NCBI GenBank assembly: GCA_964036045.1
Contig: OZ038378.1
Span: 56,296,001 to 56,360,000 of the forward strand
DNA: 64,000 nt
Source of the DNA: Eutreptiella sp. 'Long Island Sound 2002'
Taxonomy: Eukaryota > Protista > Euglenida
Direction: 5' to 3'
This document shows, piece by piece, positions 58,501-64,000 of the stretch. Position numbers and translations under genes: made by a program. Within the stretch, counting starts at the first letter, position 1. Every line of letters begins with the position of its first letter. Under the pieces are notes generated by a model. That model was given only the letters and a program-made list of their open reading frames with translations. It made no database searches and was not told where the DNA came from.

Positions 58501-61280
58501 TGGCTTGTTTGACGCATGCATGCTGCCCCGTTGTATTGTGCCACCTTCCCCATATGATCACCTTCGCCCTCAGACGGGGAACCCTCACCGCCAGCCCCGA
58601 CAAAAGCATTCCGCAGACCTCTACATAGACCAAAATGTAAAGCGAGAGCAAACTAATCCCGTGCTCAACCACCAAACCATTGCCACACCATTGCCACACA
58701 GCCAACACACTCAAGGAGCCCTTGGAGCCCCTGGACTTGTCTGGAGTGCTCAGAATCAGCTTCTTTTCGGGGGGCTATATTGCCATGTCAGTGTCCAGTG
58801 CGTGCGCTGCATTGTCCGGCATGTTTCCCCGGCACCCAAACAGTGAAATAAGTTCGTTGCCTTTGAAACCCGTTTCAAAGTATGCGGATGGAGGAAGCCA
58901 CCCAGTGGCCCTTGGAGCCCCTACCCCCCCACACCCCTGTCCATTTCGCTACACTGTGTAGGCAGCTTTCTCTGGTCCCGAGGCACTGCGGGCAAACTTG
59001 ACAAATCTCTGCACAAACCTCGTTTCGGCACCTGCAGCATCACGTGGACAGATTCCCACTGCCTGGCCCAGACTACCCAACACCAAAAACAACAACACAG
59101 GCGTGGCTGACTGTGTCAGAAAATACTGCATCTACTGGAGGTTAAGAACGGCTAAGCAGGGAGCAAAACAGATGCTGTAAGTAGTGTACTCTAGTATCCT
59201 CTGGTGTGGGGCTTGGTAGAGGGGATGGTTGGGTGAAGGTGTCATGGTCACATTCGCAACGTGGGAAAGAGAACAAGGGTCGGATGTGATGGCAGCGAAT
59301 ATTTTGTTTTTCAGTCTGGCGCCAGATGAGCGTCCAGCATGTCACAGGGCACGCCGCACCGGCGCACGTAGGCAAACGCCCAGGTAAACATACAGTGCAC
59401 GTTCTGTGACCACGAGCTTCATGCAGGTGAGGGTCCTGCGGGCCATGACAGGCTAGCGCAGATATATGCAGAACCACGCACAGCTGCAGCGGACCGCTTT
59501 CGCTCTGTTGTTCTGGTCTTTTCTGTCTCCGTTCTGATGTGAGGAGCAACAATACGCAGCACACTAGTGGACTCCATCGCGGTCAGCAAAAGGCTGGGAT
59601 GGCATCACAGCAATGGATGAAGCGACGCTCCCGCAGGACCCTTTTGCAAGTTGGGACTCAGGTGGTTTGAAGGCCCGATTGGACAGCCCAGACGAGTCAT
59701 AAACTGGCAGCTGGAGGCTGGTGAATTGCGAATCGCAGTTGGACGGGGACTGATGGCAATTGGAGCGGAACCCGCGGCGGTTGGACGGTCAATGATGGTG
59801 TGCAGGACCAGGGCGATCACACATACATGAAGGGGGTTAGCTTTAGTGATCTCTGTAATATGCGGATCACTCTACATCGTGGGATGAAGACCAATCGGGC
59901 AAAACTGCCCAGTTTGACCCACTCAATGAATGTTACACCTGCACCATCGCGCACTGTACTGAGCGCTTTGAATAGCCTGGGTCAGCATCCTGTAGCACGG
60001 CCACATTAGTACTGGTGCTCACTGGTGGCTTCGAGAATGTTGTTTCGGTATGTAATGCAACACAGCGACTTCGGCCATATGCCGGGATTAGTTTTGTTGT
60101 GCTGAGTGCCGCGTATGCAGGCTTCTCTGTGTGTCTCGCTATCCGCTTCGTGGTGTTCTTGCAGCCCACGTGTGGCCTAGGATGAAGGACACGCGGCATC
60201 AAATGTGTGCAATTATGCCCGCGTATGCATTGATGTCACACGCAGTCGCACAGAGACGCTGGTTCTCAGGCCACCCCACAGAAGACACAAGGTGGGGTTG
60301 TATTCATGGTGCCCAAGGAATAATGTACATGGGGCAATGGCAGCTCCCAGCGAAGGAGGGAGGAGGAGGGAGGAGAAGTGGAGCGGATAACCCGAGTGGG
60401 GTGAACCCCTTACACACCTGCCGGTCCAGCTTGCAGTGTGGTAGGACAGCGCAATGATCAAGCAACGCAACGCATGCGTAATAGTGGCCATCCCATGCCC
60501 CACTTTGCTTTGGACACTGCCATAGGGTTCCCTCCTCGCAGCACCCGCATACACGACTACATGAACCCCAGGCGCACAGATGCCGACGCAGGGGTGGGGT
60601 TGGGGTTGGAGAGGAACAGCACCATGCGCGAGCGCTGTCAATCCATGCAGGTATCCGGAACATGTCTGTCTGAAAACACTGGCTGAACACTGTGCCCACT
60701 TCTTGTTTCCAGTGGCTGTTGCAGTCACACTGGAATTGTTGCCTGGATTCGTTCCTGTTCAGACTTGCCACTAGTGTCTGCCAGCTCGGACGTGATGAGA
60801 TGGAGCAGGATGCTGCTGAGCCACACACTGGAAGTAGCGCGTGCCTACTGAGTTCTGGTGGTGCAGGGGGCGGGAAGTACTGAGTGGCCTTTGGCGCGGG
60901 GCCGTTTGCTATTGAGAACCCGTTTCCCTGCCAAGCGCTAGTGCTAGTGGCATGTCTGTTCCCTTTTATTCGCAGGTGGTCACGGGGGCATTCATGCAGG
61001 CACTGCACTGATTCAGCCAGGTGGGATATCAACCATGGGGGGTATCGGTTTTTTTTGGGGGGGGGCAGGCCTGCGCTTGAGGGAGAGGGGGGCCAACGGT
61101 AGGGCGGCAAACACCTGCGAAACTGGTTGGCTACGGTTGGGAAAGTGGTTGGGGAGCAGAAGGCAGCAGTTGTAAACTCCTTGCAACCGCAGCCGGAGTT
61201 TGAAGTGGGCGGTTAGAGCGTAACTGGCGGTTACGGCTGGAGGCAACTCAACCGGCCCCTTTCGACCCGGGCTAAGTCAC

Positions 61281-61850
61281 GATGTCCAGAGGGTGTTTCA
61301 TTTCCTGAATCTGCTTGCTGTAGTGGCTTGCGCGCAGGGCCTTCTGGCGCTCCGCGGCCCGGAGCCGGAACTCCTCCTTCCGTTGGAATTCTGTCTGTGA
61401 GTGCAGCAGGCCAGTGATCTGGTTCAGCAGCAGCCGCGCTGCGCCCGTCGCGTCCGTGTCCTCCGACAGCCCTTTCGCGGCCTCCGTGAGAGGCAGCACC
61501 CAGCACTCGGTGTACTCCGTGGTCTGCACTGTGTGCCGCCACATGAGTGCTCCCGCGTTCACGCTCTCAATCCCCAGGCACTCGTCCCCAAGGAAGTAGA
61601 TGGCCTTCACGGGCTCGCCCCGGGTCACGATGGGTGCACGCGGCTCGTACACCGCCGGCTGCAGGAGTGTGTGCAGGCGGTCCAGGACCGGGCGGGGCAA
61701 CGCCTGCAGGAAGGGGTGGTCCCGGGTCAGCACTGTGAGGGACGGCTTGATCAGGCCCTGGGCGAACTCCTGGTTCAGGTGCCGCTTGATGTTGAGCATG
61801 CCCGCGGGGGTGTGCAGCAGGATGTCCGTCAGGGCCTTCTTGCTGAGCTT
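61281..61850 (-). CDS. Host exon encoding a cyclic-nucleotide-binding (CAP_ED)-like domain plus a coiled tail
   Basis: GC3-rich. HPFLQALPRPVLDRLHTLLQPAVYEPRAPIVTRGEPVKAIYFL...GDECLG...RHTVQTTEYTECWVL. Bounded by cag| at 61851 and |gtgact at 61280, giving 570 nt in phase 0-0; alternatively the frame ends at the TAG at 61272. Confidence 0.75.
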
Positions 61851-62139
61851 CTGGTGCGGAGTGCGTGCAGGAGGTGCGGGGGCACTGGGAAATACCAGGG
61901 GTGAGGGGCAAGGGCTGTCTTCGGAGCATAGTGAACACACGAGGCACATGTGGATCCTCTCACGATTTGCACGGGCGCATGCACTCTTTGGCGGAAACCA
62001 CTGACTGCCATCAAAGCAGGCATCAAATGCCGTCCGTTGGCATCAGCCGACCTCTGCTGGGCATGGGGGTACAGGGGCATAGGGGTACAGGGGCACGAGG
62101 AAAAAGGCATGGGGTGCACGGGGGCATAGCGTTCAAGAG

Positions 62140-62450
62140 GCAATGGGCATGAGTTAATTGAATTTTTAGCACTTTGTGAACACTTTGTGGCCATTCATGG
62201 GATATTTGGGTTCGTGAGATGCTAAAAACGGACCTAACTTGCTGCTAATGCAACCTTAAAGGTTCTTTCTTTTGCTAGTGTCCATTGGTGCATGCTTGCA
62301 ACATAGCAAGGTGATTCCAAGGGTTCAAGAGGCAATGGGGATGCGTCATTCTAGTTTTTAGCACTTTATGAACACCTTTGTGGCCATTCCCGGGAGATTT
62401 GGGTCCGTGAGGTGCTAAAAACGGACCTAACATGCTGCTAGTGCAACCCA
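62140..62450. repeat. Diverged ~190-bp tandem duplication
   Basis: ggcaatggg...tttttagcacttt.tgaacac...gctaaaaacggacctaac.tgctgcta.tgcaacc at 62140-62255 and 62331-62448. Confidence 0.85.
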
Positions 62451-64000
62451 AAAAGTTAGTTTCTTTTGCAAATGTCCAATAGCACCGCACCACACCGAAC
62501 ACCACAAGGCAAGCTCAGCAGCACAGCATAGCATAGCACAACAAGAAAACCACACGCAGGGCACATCAACACACTGCACGACAGGACACGAGACCCCACA
62601 CCACACCAAGGGCAGCGGCTAAGGGGGGGGGGGGGGGTAAGCACAACATCGCAACGCAACAGAACAGCACAGCACAGCACCACTGTGAGGAGCATGATGC
62701 AAGCAAGCCAGCGTAGCACAGCAGGCCAAAACACCACACGCAACGCACAACATATGGCACAACAGAACAGGACATGGGGCCACGCACAACGCCAAGGGCC
62801 GTAGGAGGGGCGAAGGGGCGAGAAAACACACACCACAGGGCAAGACAACACATCGCCACACCAAACAGCAACGCGCACCACGTCACCACACAGTACCACA
62901 GGAAACGGCACAACACACAACAGTGCACAACACCACCAGAAAACACAAACAGGACAGCAGCACGCGCAGCACACCACCGCACGATGCGACCAAAGAACGT
63001 CACCACAACACCGCTCACCACACATATACCTGCGGCACGTGGCCTCATTGCCCGCAGAAGAACCAGCCGCATTCCTTAAGCTGCTGATCTAGCAGCCGTA
63101 AAGCCCCCACAAATCCACAAGGAACACCTGGGTACCTGTCACGCCGGGGCGCAGCGGGAGACCCGGGGCCGCGCGCCACCCAGCACCAACTTCATCATGA
63201 ACCACAAGCCACCCAAGCTAGCACACCACTGGCACGGCACACACAGTCACCGACACCACGCACACACCCGCCAGCATGCACGCGCAACAAAGCCCTCACA
63301 CACTGACACCACGGTCCGTCCACAGGCCAGCCGCCAGCCACCGCATGCTTCCTCTGCTCCAACCAACAGCTGTCGCAAGCGGCCCTAGCTTGTATCTCGG
63401 ACCACTGGGTGTGCCTAGGAGCCGCCAACCGCCTCACCCACTGCCGCCACTACGGAGCGCCGAACCCCTGTCACTGCGCACGATCAACAGCTCTGGCACC
63501 TCCCAGCCCCGCAAGGCACTGAGCCGGCTCTGACCAAGCAAAGGACCCTTAGGGCCCTCCAGGGGGGATATTACGCGGCCAGCGCGGAGCACTACACATG
63601 GGCAACAGCCGTTGATAACAGCAACACACCCCTGCCCCCCCTTAGCACGCCTAGTATAGGGGCATAGGGGTACAGGGGCCACATGTGTCGAAGGGGAATT
63701 TTTATGACTTGTCGGGCCCCTGAGTAGGAGTTTGTTATCAGTGATGTCATGCCCTATTGTTAGCCCATCCAAACCCTTAGTACCTATTCATCTACACACC
63801 TTTCCAAAATATGTTTTTATGAGTTCTCCCCCCTCAAAATGGGGGGGGGGGGTGTCCTTACTTCCCCTTCAACACCCACCCTCTGATGGGGTGGGGTGGG
63901 GGGCTGAAAGCATAATAGCACCATCTATATATTACTACACCCCTCTCCCGTTGAATCTAGTTACCAAGCAACAACAATCAACAATAAGCATGTCTGCTTT

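Noticed and set aside
59560-61110. Decayed LINE (APE then RT) on the minus strand, suggested by FCPIGL, EITKANP and TRLGCPIGP
   Set aside because: Motifs are weak and wrongly spaced, and no YxDD was found; cannot be supported without a profile search.

Overview
Repeat-saturated eukaryotic DNA, with no prokaryotic-style operons. TTAGGG-type repeats, long (CA)n tracts, one GC3-rich exon and EN-first Penelope-like elements suggest a large-genome protist or alga (inference only). Almost the whole window is nested, mostly decayed mobile elements. (i) A ~12.8-kb minus-strand APE-RT-RNaseH non-LTR retrotransposon (~9955-22735). Its nearly continuous reading frame carries five 2A/StopGo-like motifs (consensus W..D.T.DGDVE.NPGP) that separate Zn-ribbon, RING-like, RRM-like and Pol modules; this is the most unusual feature. 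(ii) Four fragments of a Penelope-like retroelement family with permuted GIY-YIG -> CxC -> RT order. One has a long N-terminal region with gag-like CCHC knuckles between ~450-bp direct repeats; another is split by an inversion whose halves rejoin within one codon. (iii) DNA-transposon remnants with two related 20-bp palindromes and a perfect 13-bp TIR pair 42 kb apart. (iv) tRNA-headed SINE-like composites, a telomere-repeat-headed duplication, PIF/Harbinger-like DDE fragments and a chromodomain remnant. The only convincing host coding sequence is a minus-strand exon (61281-61850) encoding a cyclic-nucleotide-binding-like domain. All domain calls come from motif recognition by eye; no database searches were run.
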